In this document: positions 8,614 through 17,130 of the stretch, one piece after another
How positions within the stretch are numbered: position 1 is the first letter of the stretch
Layout: every line of letters begins with the position of its first letter
Assembly (NCBI GenBank): GCA_965230905.1
Contig: OZ246396.1
Location: forward strand, 330,001 to 362,000
From: Candidatus Saccharimonadota bacterium
GTDB taxonomy: Bacteria; Patescibacteriota; Gracilibacteria; UBA1369; 2-02-FULL-48-14
Length of the DNA: 32,000 bases
Direction: 5' to 3'
Position numbers and translations under genes: made by a program
The notes under the pieces: model-generated
Told to the model about the DNA's origin: nothing
The model's database searches: none
What the model saw: only the letters and a program-made list of their open reading frames with translations

Positions 8614-9384
8614 ATGTCGCTAACCCAAAGGCTTAAACAAGGCTTTCTGCGTTTACCCCCTATGAAGAAGGTCATTTTGATCTCCAGCTTCACTTTGTGC
8701 GCGAGCACGGTGATGCCTTGGTACGATCAAAGAAACAACTTCGGAGTGGGTGACACCTTCATTGGAGTCCAAGGTCCGCTTTTTGCGGTGGGCTTGGTGG
8801 TTCTGGGATGTGGGGCCGTGAGCTTTTTCAATATGTTTTTACCTCTGATGGGGCGGAATTTCTTTGATTTGAAACGCAAGTCCGGCTCCCTGGGTTTGAC
8901 GCTAGGAACTCAGGCGCTTTTGCTGCTTTTGGTGGCGAATTCAATTTTCTACCATCCTGAATTTGCAACGACTATCAATAATAAGGGAACCCGTTTTGGG
9001 ATGATTGTGGCTTTTCTTTCGATTGGCGCACTGATGATCTCTGGATGGTGGACTCGCCGCAAGGAAAAGGCGGAACAGGGAACACTCGCCTCTGGAGAGG
9101 GAGAAGAACGTGAAGATGATTTGGAGGATGCTTACGTGGCGCCGGTAACCTCGAGCCGACCTTTGTACGAACCTACTCAAGAACGACCACAATATGCGGC
9201 ACCTCGTGCGGTTGAGCCTACGCCTGCTCCAACGGCTCCTGTAGATCCACTCACCTTGGACGCCAAGACTCGATACAAGATGCTTCAATCGCAAGGACGC
9301 TACAGCTCAACGGCTCGCAACAATTTGTGGGGCAGCGGAGGTGGAAGCGCCTACGGCCGCAGCAATCGTGACGATAACCAATAA
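8614..9384 (+). CDS. Hypothetical membrane protein with a disordered Pro/Gly-rich C-terminal tail
   Basis: First ATG is 8614; the track start 8560 is a TTG overlapping the divergent GT4 start. Several hydrophobic helices (VILISSFTLCA, LFAVGLVVLGCGAVSFF, ALLLLLVANSIFY, MIVAFLSIGALMISGWW). ATG 8662 is an alternative start. Confidence 0.55.
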   Translation: MSLTQRLKQGFLRLPPMKKVILISSFTLCASTVMPWYDQRNNFGVGDTFIGVQGPLFAVGLVVLGCGAVSFFNMFLPLMGRNFFDLKRKSGSLGLTLGTQALLLLLVANSIFYHPEFATTINNKGTRFGMIVAFLSIGALMISGWWTRRKEKAEQGTLASGEGEEREDDLEDAYVAPVTSSRPLYEPTQERPQYAAPRAVEPTPAPTAPVDPLTLDAKTRYKMLQSQGRYSSTARNNLWGSGGGSAYGRSNRDDNQ

Positions 9385-9396
9385 CAGGCTGCATAT

Positions 9397-9600
9397 ATGA
9401 CCGAAACTGAAGTAGTTGCCGCTGAAAATCCTATCTTGTTTTACTGTAGGAGCTGCAAAAAACTGGTGGATCAGCCTGAGAAGAAAGGCAACAAGTACGA
9501 GTACACCTGCCCCGAGTGCAAGGAATCCCGTGTGGCTTTTGGAACCCAAAAGGCGATTTGTGATTTCTTTCAAGTAAACCCACCGAAGAAAAATGCTTGA
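9397..9600 (+). CDS. Small zinc-ribbon protein (67 aa)
   Basis: Two CxxC pairs (CRSC ... CPEC). The stop overlaps the ATG of the next gene by 8 bp. Confidence 0.5.
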   Translation: MTETEVVAAENPILFYCRSCKKLVDQPEKKGNKYEYTCPECKESRVAFGTQKAICDFFQVNPPKKNA

Positions 9601-10705
9601 TCGTATTGATTACACCGCTCTAGATAAGGCCAAAAATGCGTTTATTGAGGCGAGCAAGAAGACCGCGGGTTTTGCGAGTGGCTTTGGAAAAATGCCGGGC
9701 GGTTTTGGCAGCAGCGCGAATGTGTTTGCACTCGATTTGAAGCCGTTTGCTGGAGCCGAGTCTTTGTATATGACGCTGCTACCCGAAGGATTGGGGACGG
9801 CGGATGATGCAAGGCCTGCAGATTTGTCTTCTGAGGAGCTCGTGCGATTTTGGAAGAACATTGGAGGGAAGACCATGTCGACGCTTACGAACGACGCGGC
9901 TTCCAGCGGAATGCAGACGGTTTTGATTTCTTTGTACCTGCCTAGTGCTCTGCCTGAGCGAGTGTTTACGGACGAATTCATGAGCGGATTTTTGGACGGA
10001 TTTGTGGAGGGGTGTAGACAAGTGGGATGTGTCTATTTTTCAGGAGAAACCCCGCAATTGAAGGGCAAGTTTTTGGAGGGCGCTTTGGACATCGCGGGCG
10101 CACTGTGGGGAGTGGTGCCGGCCGGTTTGCGGCCCGTTGATTCGAGCGAAATGAAGGCCGGAGATTTTATTGTGTTTGTGGAGAGCAGCGGACCTCATGA
10201 AAATGGATTCACTACGTTAAGGGACTTGGCTGGTCGTTTGGAAGGTGGTTACCGAGCGAAACTGCCAAGCGGGATGGAATACTGGGAGGCGATCAATCAA
10301 CCGGGGCATTTGTATACTTCCTTGGTGCAGTCGATTATGAAGGCTGGCGTGCGACCTTCGAATGTGGAGCCTATCACCGGACATGGATGGCAGAAACTCA
10401 TGCGGCCTAAACAGGCGTTTAGATATGTGATTGAGGAAATGCTGCCGGTGCCAGAGGTGTTTACGTTTGTGGAGGAGGCTAGCGGTATGACGAAGGAGCT
10501 GATGCTGAAAACTTTTAACTATGGAGTGGGTCTGGCGATTTATGTGCACACTAAGCAAGAGGCGGATGGCGTGGTGGAGGCGGCTGGAGAGCTAGGGCTG
10601 AAGGCATGTGTGGCGGGACAGGTGGAAGATGCGGAGGCGCGGGAAGTGGTGGTGAAGCCACTCGGGATTACTATTAAAGGAGAGGGGTTTGAATTAGGGA
10701 AGTAA
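9593..10705 (+). CDS. purM: PurM-like protein (AIR synthase family), divergent
   Basis: Collinear with PurM blocks: GGFGSSANVF (GGFGG.F), LLPEGLGTA (SGTDGVGTK), TNDAASSGM (VNDxxxQGA), FVEGCRQVGCVYFSGETPQL (EGCxQxGCxLxGGETAEMP), VESSGPHENGFT (SSGxHSNGYS), EPITGHGW (HITGGG), TFNYGVGLAIYV (FNxGxGM). Confidence 0.7.
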   Translation: MLDRIDYTALDKAKNAFIEASKKTAGFASGFGKMPGGFGSSANVFALDLKPFAGAESLYMTLLPEGLGTADDARPADLSSEELVRFWKNIGGKTMSTLTNDAASSGMQTVLISLYLPSALPERVFTDEFMSGFLDGFVEGCRQVGCVYFSGETPQLKGKFLEGALDIAGALWGVVPAGLRPVDSSEMKAGDFIVFVESSGPHENGFTTLRDLAGRLEGGYRAKLPSGMEYWEAINQPGHLYTSLVQSIMKAGVRPSNVEPITGHGWQKLMRPKQAFRYVIEEMLPVPEVFTFVEEASGMTKELMLKTFNYGVGLAIYVHTKQEADGVVEAAGELGLKACVAGQVEDAEAREVVVKPLGITIKGEGFELGK

Positions 10706-10707
10706 TT

Positions 10708-11292
10708 ATGGACCTCTCACAAATTCTCGGCGGGCTCTCTGGACTGATGCTGATCGCGGCGTATGTGCTTTATTTTAAGCAGGCGCTGAAGGGGGAATCG
10801 AAGCCGAATCCGGCATCGTGGGCGATTTGGATGGTGGCGGGGCTGATCAATGCGTTTACGTATTTCACGGTGGTGGAGGGAAATGTGTGGCAGAGTTTTT
10901 GTGTGAGCATGGAAGCGGTGGGCGTCGTTTTGGTGTTTGGCTATGCTCTGGTGAAGGGAAAGTTTTCACGAGTGAGTGCAGTGGAAATTTTGTGCTTTTT
11001 GATGGCGGTGGGAGTGGGAATTTTTTGGCAGGTCACGTCGGACGATCGAATCGCGAACCTGCTGCTCCAGAGCATTTATGTGATTTCATTTGTTCCGACG
11101 GTGGTTGGCTTGGCGGCGGGACGCGGAAAAGAGAATCCGGCTTCGTGGAGTGTATGTGTACTCGCGTATTTTTTGTCGATTCTGTCGCTCGTGGCGGGGC
11201 AGTCGGGGGATTGGATTGCGTTTGTGCATCCGGTGGTGAACGGGGTCATTGGGAATGGACTGGTTGCATTCTTGAGCTTTAGAAAGAAATAG
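10708..11292 (+). CDS. Polytopic membrane protein with an internal duplication (194 aa)
   Basis: ATG 3 nt after the PurM-like stop. About 6 hydrophobic helices. Each half opens with a similar motif: KPNPASWAIWMVAGL (N-half) and KENPASWSVCVLAYF (C-half). Confidence 0.6.
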   Translation: MDLSQILGGLSGLMLIAAYVLYFKQALKGESKPNPASWAIWMVAGLINAFTYFTVVEGNVWQSFCVSMEAVGVVLVFGYALVKGKFSRVSAVEILCFLMAVGVGIFWQVTSDDRIANLLLQSIYVISFVPTVVGLAAGRGKENPASWSVCVLAYFLSILSLVAGQSGDWIAFVHPVVNGVIGNGLVAFLSFRKK

Positions 11293-11326
11293 TGGTGGCT
11301 AGGAATATTTTGGAAACATTGTAAGA

Positions 11327-11344
11327 TTCACCCCCGGGGGTGAA
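11327..11344. repeat. Perfect 18-bp palindrome TTCACCCCCGGGGGTGAA
   Basis: Read directly. It lies 35 nt after the stop of the membrane-protein gene and 225 nt upstream of dprA. It could form a GC-rich hairpin, but no U-tract follows. Confidence 0.8.
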
Positions 11345-11412
11345 ATGGGCGACTTTTGGAGTTTTTGTAAACTGGGTTGTGAACAAGTTTTGCACGGAGG
11401 GCTGCGACGAAT

Positions 11413-11433
11413 TCAGGAAAATGTCAGGAAAAT
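11413..11433. repeat. Tandem direct repeat TCAGGAAAAT-G-TCAGGAAAAT
   Basis: Read directly, in the 276-bp spacer upstream of dprA. Confidence 0.8.
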
Positions 11434-11466
11434 CCTGCTAGGGTTTTTGTATGCAGACAACTAAAA

Positions 11467-11521
11467 AGAAAGACTCTCCGCTAAGTTGTGGCATATAAAC
11501 CACGGGCCGATAAGTCTTTCT
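11467..11521. repeat. 9-bp inverted repeat AGAAAGACT / AGTCTTTCT separated by 37 nt
   Basis: Read directly. It ends 48 nt upstream of the dprA ATG. Confidence 0.7.
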
Positions 11522-11568
11522 GTCCACATTTTATTACTAAGACTTAAAAAGTCAAACCCCATAAAAAT

Positions 11569-12414
11569 ATGAATATTCAAAAACTACACATTTCGGACGC
11601 GCGGTATCCAGAGAGGCTCAGGGAGTTTTTTAATCCGCCGCAGGAACTTTATTACATCGGGGATTTGGCGGCGTTGGAGCGGCCGCTGTGCGCGATTGTG
11701 GGGACGCGGCGAATGAGCGCGTATGGGGAGGCACAGGCGTTTAGATTTGGGAAGGAGCTGAGCGAGCGTGGGATTTGCATTGTAAGTGGGCTCGCCTACG
11801 GAATAGACAAGGCGGCGCACGAGGGGGCGCTGGACGGGCCGGGCGGAACGGTGGCGGTGCTCGCGCAAGGGTTGCCGGACATTCAGCCCGCCGCGCATCG
11901 GGATTTGGCGAGAAGGATTGTGGCGAAAGGCGGGCTGCTGCTGAGTGAATATGCGGCGGGCGTGCAGACTTATAAAAGCGATTACTTGGTGCGGAATCGA
12001 ATCATTGCGGGGCTGTGCAGGGCAACGCTGGTGGTGGAGGCGCCGTTTAAGAGCGGGGCCATGAATACCGCAAAGCATGCGTATGATAATGGACGCGAGG
12101 TGCTGTGCGTGCCGGGGCGGATTGGGGATGAAGTGTGTGAAGGAACGAATGCGCTGCTGCAACGGGGCGCGCACGTGGCTTTGCATCCTAAAGATATTGC
12201 GCAGGTTTTGGACGTGGCGTGGACTGCGCAGAAAGTGAAACTGGAAGGGCTGGCGGCGGAACTCTTTGCAGAACTGCGAAAGTCGCCGCGGTCGCCGGCG
12301 GAACTGGGTGAAAAGTTTGATCGAATGGTGGAGCTCTATGAGGCGCTCGGCGAACTGGAGCTGCGTGGGCTCATTCGCTTTACGAAGGATCTTCGTTACG
12401 CGGTGGTGGCGTGA
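11569..12414 (+). CDS. dprA: DNA processing protein DprA (Smf)
   Basis: Rossmann-like DprA core (AIVGTRRMSAYG, SGLAYGIDKAAHEGAL, VVEAPFKSGAMNTAKHA) and a C-terminal winged-helix-like tail (LELRGLI). Confidence 0.9.
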   Translation: MNIQKLHISDARYPERLREFFNPPQELYYIGDLAALERPLCAIVGTRRMSAYGEAQAFRFGKELSERGICIVSGLAYGIDKAAHEGALDGPGGTVAVLAQGLPDIQPAAHRDLARRIVAKGGLLLSEYAAGVQTYKSDYLVRNRIIAGLCRATLVVEAPFKSGAMNTAKHAYDNGREVLCVPGRIGDEVCEGTNALLQRGAHVALHPKDIAQVLDVAWTAQKVKLEGLAAELFAELRKSPRSPAELGEKFDRMVELYEALGELELRGLIRFTKDLRYAVVA

Positions 12415-14155
12415 CGGTCCAGGTTTTTTCTTCCTCCTTCATGCGGGCTTGCGTGCGGTGGATGGAAATGTCGGCCACGCGTTCAACCTCGTTGAGGGTG
12501 GTGATTCCGCGGAGTACTTTGAGGGCGCCGTCTTCACCGATGGTGAGCATTCCCTGGCTGCGGACGATGCGGAAGAGTTCGGTGGTGGATTTTTCGGCGA
12601 GGATGGCTTCCTTGAGCTCATCGCTGTTCACAAACATTTCGGCAATGGAAAGCTGACCGAGGAATCCAGTTTTGCTGCATTTTTCACAACCGGGCGCATC
12701 GGGGAGCGTGGGGGGAACGGTGAGTTCCAGAGTGGGATTCGCTTCGTGGATTTGGGTGATCACATCTTGGAGCACTTTGCGTTCGGATTCGGTGATGGGT
12801 TTTTGGACCACACAGAAGCTGCAGACTTTGCGGACAAGGCGTTGGGCCATCACGATGCTGAGAGCGGGCGCGATCATGAAGGGTTTGAGCCCGACGTTGA
12901 GGAGTCGTGGAACCGTTTCGATGGCGGAGTTGGTGTGCAAAGTGGACAGCAGAACGTGCCCGGTGAGTGCGGCTTGCGCGGCGGTTTCGGCGGTGTCGAG
13001 GTCACGGATTTCTCCGATCATCACGATGTCGGGATCTTGACGCAGGATGGCGCGGAGGCCGGATCCGAAAGTGTAACCACGTTTTTCATTGATCTGACTT
13101 TGAGTGATTCCGCTGAGGTGGTATTCAATTGGATCTTCGAGGGTGATGATTTTGCTGTCGGGCTCGTTGAAGGCCGTGAGCATGGAGTAGAGCGAGGTCG
13201 TTTTACCGGAACCCGTGGGCCCGGTTACGAGGATCATTCCGTTGGGAATTTCGAGCGCTTCGTTGAGGATTTCCAGATTGCGGCCTTCAAATCCAAGCTC
13301 TTCAAAGGTGAGGTTTTTCTTTTTGGAATCGAGGAGACGACACACAAAGCTTTCGCCGTATTCCGTGGGGATGGACGACACACGAACGTCCACTTTGCGC
13401 TCGTTCACGTTGAAATAATAGCGTCCGTCTTGCGGCACGTTGGTGATATTGAGGCGCATCCCCGATTTGTATTTGAGCTGATTGTTGAGGTAGCCGTAGG
13501 TTTGCAGATCGAGTTCGAGCACCTGTTGGAGCACGCCGTCGATACGGAAGCGCACGATGACGCGTTTTTCTTCGGGTTGGTAGTGGATGTCGGAGGCGCC
13601 GGTTTTGAGGGCACCCACGCTGATGAAGTTCAGGGCTTCTTCGGACGTAACGGTTTGAATTTTTTCACGCAAAGCACCCAAGTTTTCCACTTCGGCTTGG
13701 TAGGAAGCGATGTTTGCTTCGTCGATGATGTTTTGCGTCTCGATGGCGGTTGGGACTTCATCCTTGTAGGCGAGCAGGGCTTGGCGGAGGCCGGTTTCGC
13801 TGGCCAGGTTCACGTTGATGGCGTAGCCCTCTTCCTTGAGTTTTTTAATGAGCGTCTGAGTCTCGGGACTGGTTGGGTGCACCAAGGCGAGGCGGAGTTT
13901 CTTTCCCACTTTGAAGAAGGGAATCACGAGGGCCGCGTTGGCGTCTTTGCCCAGAATCACTTTGAGGTGATCGGGGTTGATGTGCACCTGCGCGATGTCG
14001 ATGTAATTCATTCCCATTTTCTGGGCGCGCTCGGCGGTGGCGCGTTCTTCAAACTCGCGATTTATGGCCGTGAGCGGACTTGCTCCAGTAGCGGCGGCCA
14101 TGGCTGCGCCGGCGTTGGTTTCGATCTTGGAAGTGGAGAAGTTCTGATCAGCCAT
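12380..14155 (-). CDS. pilB: Type IV pilus / type II secretion assembly ATPase (PilB/GspE family)
   Basis: N-terminal T2SSE_N-like domain, Walker A GPTGSGKTT, Asp box / Walker B (IVMIGEIRD), and the tetracysteine motif CSFC...CEKC typical of PilB/GspE. Confidence 0.9.
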   Translation of the reverse strand: MADQNFSTSKIETNAGAAMAAATGASPLTAINREFEERATAERAQKMGMNYIDIAQVHINPDHLKVILGKDANAALVIPFFKVGKKLRLALVHPTSPETQTLIKKLKEEGYAINVNLASETGLRQALLAYKDEVPTAIETQNIIDEANIASYQAEVENLGALREKIQTVTSEEALNFISVGALKTGASDIHYQPEEKRVIVRFRIDGVLQQVLELDLQTYGYLNNQLKYKSGMRLNITNVPQDGRYYFNVNERKVDVRVSSIPTEYGESFVCRLLDSKKKNLTFEELGFEGRNLEILNEALEIPNGMILVTGPTGSGKTTSLYSMLTAFNEPDSKIITLEDPIEYHLSGITQSQINEKRGYTFGSGLRAILRQDPDIVMIGEIRDLDTAETAAQAALTGHVLLSTLHTNSAIETVPRLLNVGLKPFMIAPALSIVMAQRLVRKVCSFCVVQKPITESERKVLQDVITQIHEANPTLELTVPPTLPDAPGCEKCSKTGFLGQLSIAEMFVNSDELKEAILAEKSTTELFRIVRSQGMLTIGEDGALKVLRGITTLNEVERVADISIHRTQARMKEEEKTWTVTPPPRNEDPS

Positions 14156-14169
14156 AATTTAATCTGATT

Positions 14170-14198
14170 ATTATATCACAAAAAAGACCCTTTTTGAA
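14170..14198 (-). promoter_or_regulatory. Candidate sigma-70 promoter for pilB: TTCAAA-N17-(TGa)TATAAT
   Basis: On the minus strand the -35 TTCAAA is at 14198-14193, and the extended -10 TGATATAAT is at 14178-14170 (hexamer 14175-14170). Only 14 nt separate the -10 from ATG 14155. The -35 sits in the loop of the nusA terminator. Confidence 0.4.
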
Positions 14199-14208
14199 GG
14201 GCCTTTTT
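14180..14208 (-). terminator. Rho-independent terminator after nusA
   Basis: Minus-strand RNA is AAAAAGGCCCUU-CAAA-AAGGGUCUUUUUU. That gives a 7-bp stem (one G-U pair), a 4-nt loop and a U6 tract, about 20 nt after the nusA stop. Confidence 0.65.
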
Positions 14209-14227
14209 ATCTGATGAAGGAGGGGGC

Positions 14228-15508
14228 TTAGATGTTCTTCACCGCTTTCACGATTTCTTTCGCTTCGTCTTCGGAAATTCCGTCGACTTGCATGAAGTCT
14301 TTTACAGAGAGACCCACGAGCTGTGGAACCTGTTCTAGGTTCACAGAAATGAGTTTTTCCTTAACGTCTTCTGGAAGATCGAGCTCAGAAACCATGAGGA
14401 TCTTGGCTTCCTTAGCTGCAGCGGCTGCAACCGCAGTGGCGGCTTTGCCTTCGGTGGTCGTTGGGTGAGCTCCAGCAGGTTCCGTGGTGTCGAGGATGTC
14501 GATTTCCCAACCTGTTAAATGAGAAGCCAGACGAACGTTTTGTCCGCTCTTACCAATGGCGAGGGCGCGTTGATCTTGAGTTACGTAGACTTTAGCGAGG
14601 TGAGCCTTTTCATCGAGCTCCACTTTGCTGATTTTTGCAGGTTTGAGAGATTCTGCGATGTACTTTTGTGCGTCTTCACTCCAAGGAATGATGTCGATAC
14701 GTTCTCCCGCGAGTTCATGGGTTACGTTTTGCACACGTACTCCGTTTTGCCCCACACAGGCTCCGATTGGATCCACTTGAGGATCCTTTGAGCTAACCGC
14801 TACTTTACATCGAACTCCAGGTTCACGAGCCACTCCCTTGATGATAACGGTTCCTGTTTTTACTTCAGGAATCTCGAGTTCCATGAGCTTTTCAACGAGC
14901 TTAGGATGGGTTCGGGAAATGAGGAGTTGAGGGCCTTTGGTCGTCTTGATCACTTTATCGAGGTAGAGCTTGATGCGTTGACCTCCGTAGTATTGCTCGG
15001 TTGAGATCTGTTCGCGGGCAGGAAGCAGGGCGGTGGTTCCACCAAGTTCCACATAAACCTGATTGTTGTCCACACGGTGGATAAGCGCGTTCACGAGTTC
15101 GTTTTCACGGTCCTTGAAGAGCTCGTACATGTAATCCCTTTCTGCTTCTTGGATACGTTGGATGATCACCTGTTTAGCGGCCTGAGCAGCGATACGTCCG
15201 TAAGACATAGGAGTCACTTCCATGCGCACTTCTTCCTCAAGTTTGATGTTTTTGTTGAGCTTTTTAGCGTCGTCGAGAGTGATTTCTCCATCTGGATCTT
15301 CAATCTTATCCACAACCTTTTTAACGATGTAGATCGTGGTATTCTCGGTTTTTGGATCGATTTCCACTTCGATATTCTGTTCCTTGTTTCCGTAGTCCTT
15401 TCGGTACGCGGTTCGGAGGGCAGCTTTTACGATGTCCATGATGATATCTTCAGGCAGATTCTTCTCGTTGCAAAGGAGTCGAACCGCTGCCATAAACTGT
15501 TGATGCAT
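14228..15508 (-). CDS. nusA: Transcription termination/antitermination factor NusA
   Basis: NusA N-terminal domain, S1 domain and two KH domains, including the GxxG motifs GACVGQNGVRV and GKSGQNVRLA, plus a C-terminal acidic HhH-like tail. Confidence 0.95.
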   Translation of the reverse strand: MHQQFMAAVRLLCNEKNLPEDIIMDIVKAALRTAYRKDYGNKEQNIEVEIDPKTENTTIYIVKKVVDKIEDPDGEITLDDAKKLNKNIKLEEEVRMEVTPMSYGRIAAQAAKQVIIQRIQEAERDYMYELFKDRENELVNALIHRVDNNQVYVELGGTTALLPAREQISTEQYYGGQRIKLYLDKVIKTTKGPQLLISRTHPKLVEKLMELEIPEVKTGTVIIKGVAREPGVRCKVAVSSKDPQVDPIGACVGQNGVRVQNVTHELAGERIDIIPWSEDAQKYIAESLKPAKISKVELDEKAHLAKVYVTQDQRALAIGKSGQNVRLASHLTGWEIDILDTTEPAGAHPTTTEGKAATAVAAAAAKEAKILMVSELDLPEDVKEKLISVNLEQVPQLVGLSVKDFMQVDGISEDEAKEIVKAVKNI

Positions 15509-15578
15509 AGGTTTGGGGTAAGGAAAAGCGGCAGGATAGAATCCTACAATGCTTATTCAATTGATTTGTAGCTGCACT

Positions 15579-16046
15579 TTATGACTTTTCGTCGCTTTTG
15601 GCAAGTTCAAAGATGATTTCAGGAGAGAATCCGCGAGAAGCCAGGAAGGATGCCCGGCGCTGATAGAGCTTTTCGGACGGCACTTTGGCGAAGCGCTTTG
15701 CCGCGCGCTTCAGGGCTTCAGCTGCCAGGTCGCGCTCGGAGATTTCGGCTTCTTTCCAGAGGGTTTCCGTCTCTTTGAAATCGATGCCTTTCTGCTGGAG
15801 GCGGCTGGCGAGTTTGTAGCGACCTTGAAGCTTGAAGCGCGTGGCTTCTTCAATGGCGTGGCGGACGTAGGCGTCGTCGTTGATGAGATTGAGATCTTGG
15901 AGACGCAGGAGCACCTGGTCTTCAAGCTGCGGGGTGTGGTTGGAACGTTTCTTCAACTTTTCCCGCAGCTCGAAGCTGGTGTGGGCCCGACGAGACAAGG
16001 CTCGCATGGCATAGTTCATTAGATCTCGGTAGATCGGGTCTTCCAT
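15579..16046 (-). CDS. recX: Recombination regulator RecX
   Basis: 155-aa helical-repeat protein 14 nt downstream of recA. RecX-like pattern (ALSRRAHTSFELREKL..., LNLINDDAYV, FLASRGFSPEII). Confidence 0.85.
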   Translation of the reverse strand: MEDPIYRDLMNYAMRALSRRAHTSFELREKLKKRSNHTPQLEDQVLLRLQDLNLINDDAYVRHAIEEATRFKLQGRYKLASRLQQKGIDFKETETLWKEAEISERDLAAEALKRAAKRFAKVPSEKLYQRRASFLASRGFSPEIIFELAKSDEKS

Positions 16047-16060
16047 GTGGCCGAAGGAGG

Positions 16061-17095
16061 TTAAGCCAATGAAGCGGCTACTTTTTCACGAATGAGTTTG
16101 TCGAGTTCTGCGACCATTTTTGGATTCCCCTTCAAGTAGTCTTTGCTGTTTTCACGGCCTTGGCCGAGACGAGTCTCGCCATAGCTGTAGAAAGCTCCTG
16201 CCTTCTTTACGAATTCGTACTTGGCTGCAAGGTCGAGCAAGTCGCCTTCACGGGAAATTCCTTGAGCATATAGAATGTCGAATTCAGCGGTTTTGAAAGG
16301 AGGTGCAATTTTGTTTTTCACTACTTTTACACGTACACGATTCCCCACGAGTTCTTTGCCATCGGTGGCATTTTCGTTGGTACCTTCAATGGTTCCAATG
16401 CGACGGATGTCGAGACGAACGGAGGCGTAGAATTTGAGCGCTTGTCCGCCGGTGGTGGTTTCGGGATTTCCGAACATCACTCCAATCTTCATACGAAGTT
16501 GGTTGATGAAGATCACCATGCAGTTGGATTTGCTGATGACTCCGGTAAGCTTACGAAGGGCTTGGCTCATGAGACGAGCTTGGAGACCCATTTGGGCATC
16601 TCCCATTTCTCCTTCGATTTCTGCCCGTGGTACGAGTGCCGCAACGGAGTCAATTACAATGATGTCTACTGCATTTGAACGAACCAAGGTTTCGGTGATC
16701 TCGAGCGCCTGTTCTCCCATATCTGGTTGAGAAAGGAGGAGGTGATCGGTATCGACACCAATTTTACGAGCGTACACAGGGTCGAGTGCATGCTCGGCGT
16801 CTACGAAGGCTGCGGTTCCACCGGCCTTTTGAATTTCTGCAATAACGTGCAGAGCGAGGGTGGTTTTACCAGAACTTTCTGGCCCATAAATTTCAATCAC
16901 GCGTCCTTTAGGTAGTCCGCCGCCGAGGGCGAGATCTAGGGAAAGGGACCCAGTAGAAACGGTTTCAACGTCCATGTGCTTGGACTCGCCGAGCATCATG
17001 ATTGAACCTGTACCGAAGTTTTTCTCAATCTGAGAAAGAGCTAATTCGAGAGCTTTTTTGCGGTTCTCGTTACCCGCATCTTCTTTCGCTGTCAT
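16061..17095 (-). CDS. recA: Recombinase RecA
   Basis: Walker [21 protein letters not shown]1/L2 loop regions ([26 protein letters not shown]); full-length 344 aa. Confidence 0.97.
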   Translation of the reverse strand: MTAKEDAGNENRKKALELALSQIEKNFGTGSIMMLGESKHMDVETVSTGSLSLDLALGGGLPKGRVIEIYGPESSGKTTLALHVIAEIQKAGGTAAFVDAEHALDPVYARKIGVDTDHLLLSQPDMGEQALEITETLVRSNAVDIIVIDSVAALVPRAEIEGEMGDAQMGLQARLMSQALRKLTGVISKSNCMVIFINQLRMKIGVMFGNPETTTGGQALKFYASVRLDIRRIGTIEGTNENATDGKELVGNRVRVKVVKNKIAPPFKTAEFDILYAQGISREGDLLDLAAKYEFVKKAGAFYSYGETRLGQGRENSKDYLKGNPKMVAELDKLIREKVAASLA

Positions 17096-17130
17096 AGTGT
17101 GGAGGGTTAAAAACTAAGAAGCTTGTGCCG

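Noticed and set aside
11327-11344. TTCACCCCCGGGGGTGAA as the intrinsic terminator of the membrane-protein gene.
   Set aside because: It could form a GC-rich hairpin, but ATGGGCGAC follows rather than a U-tract. It is kept as a palindrome of unknown role.
11345-11464. A 39-codon ATG ORF (MGDFWSFCKLGCEQVLHGG...) in the dprA upstream spacer.
   Set aside because: It is too short to support from one sequence, has no SD or promoter evidence, and overlaps the tandem repeat. It is mentioned only as a possibility in the spacer finding.
12266-14167. A 633-aa ORF on the plus strand, the longest unexplained ORF in the track.
   Set aside because: It lies exactly antisense to the PilB/GspE ATPase, which has unambiguous Walker A, Asp-box and tetracysteine motifs. 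Its translation is low-complexity (G/E/F/V/D-rich) with no recognisable motif. I read it as a shadow ORF caused by codon bias in a GC-rich gene.
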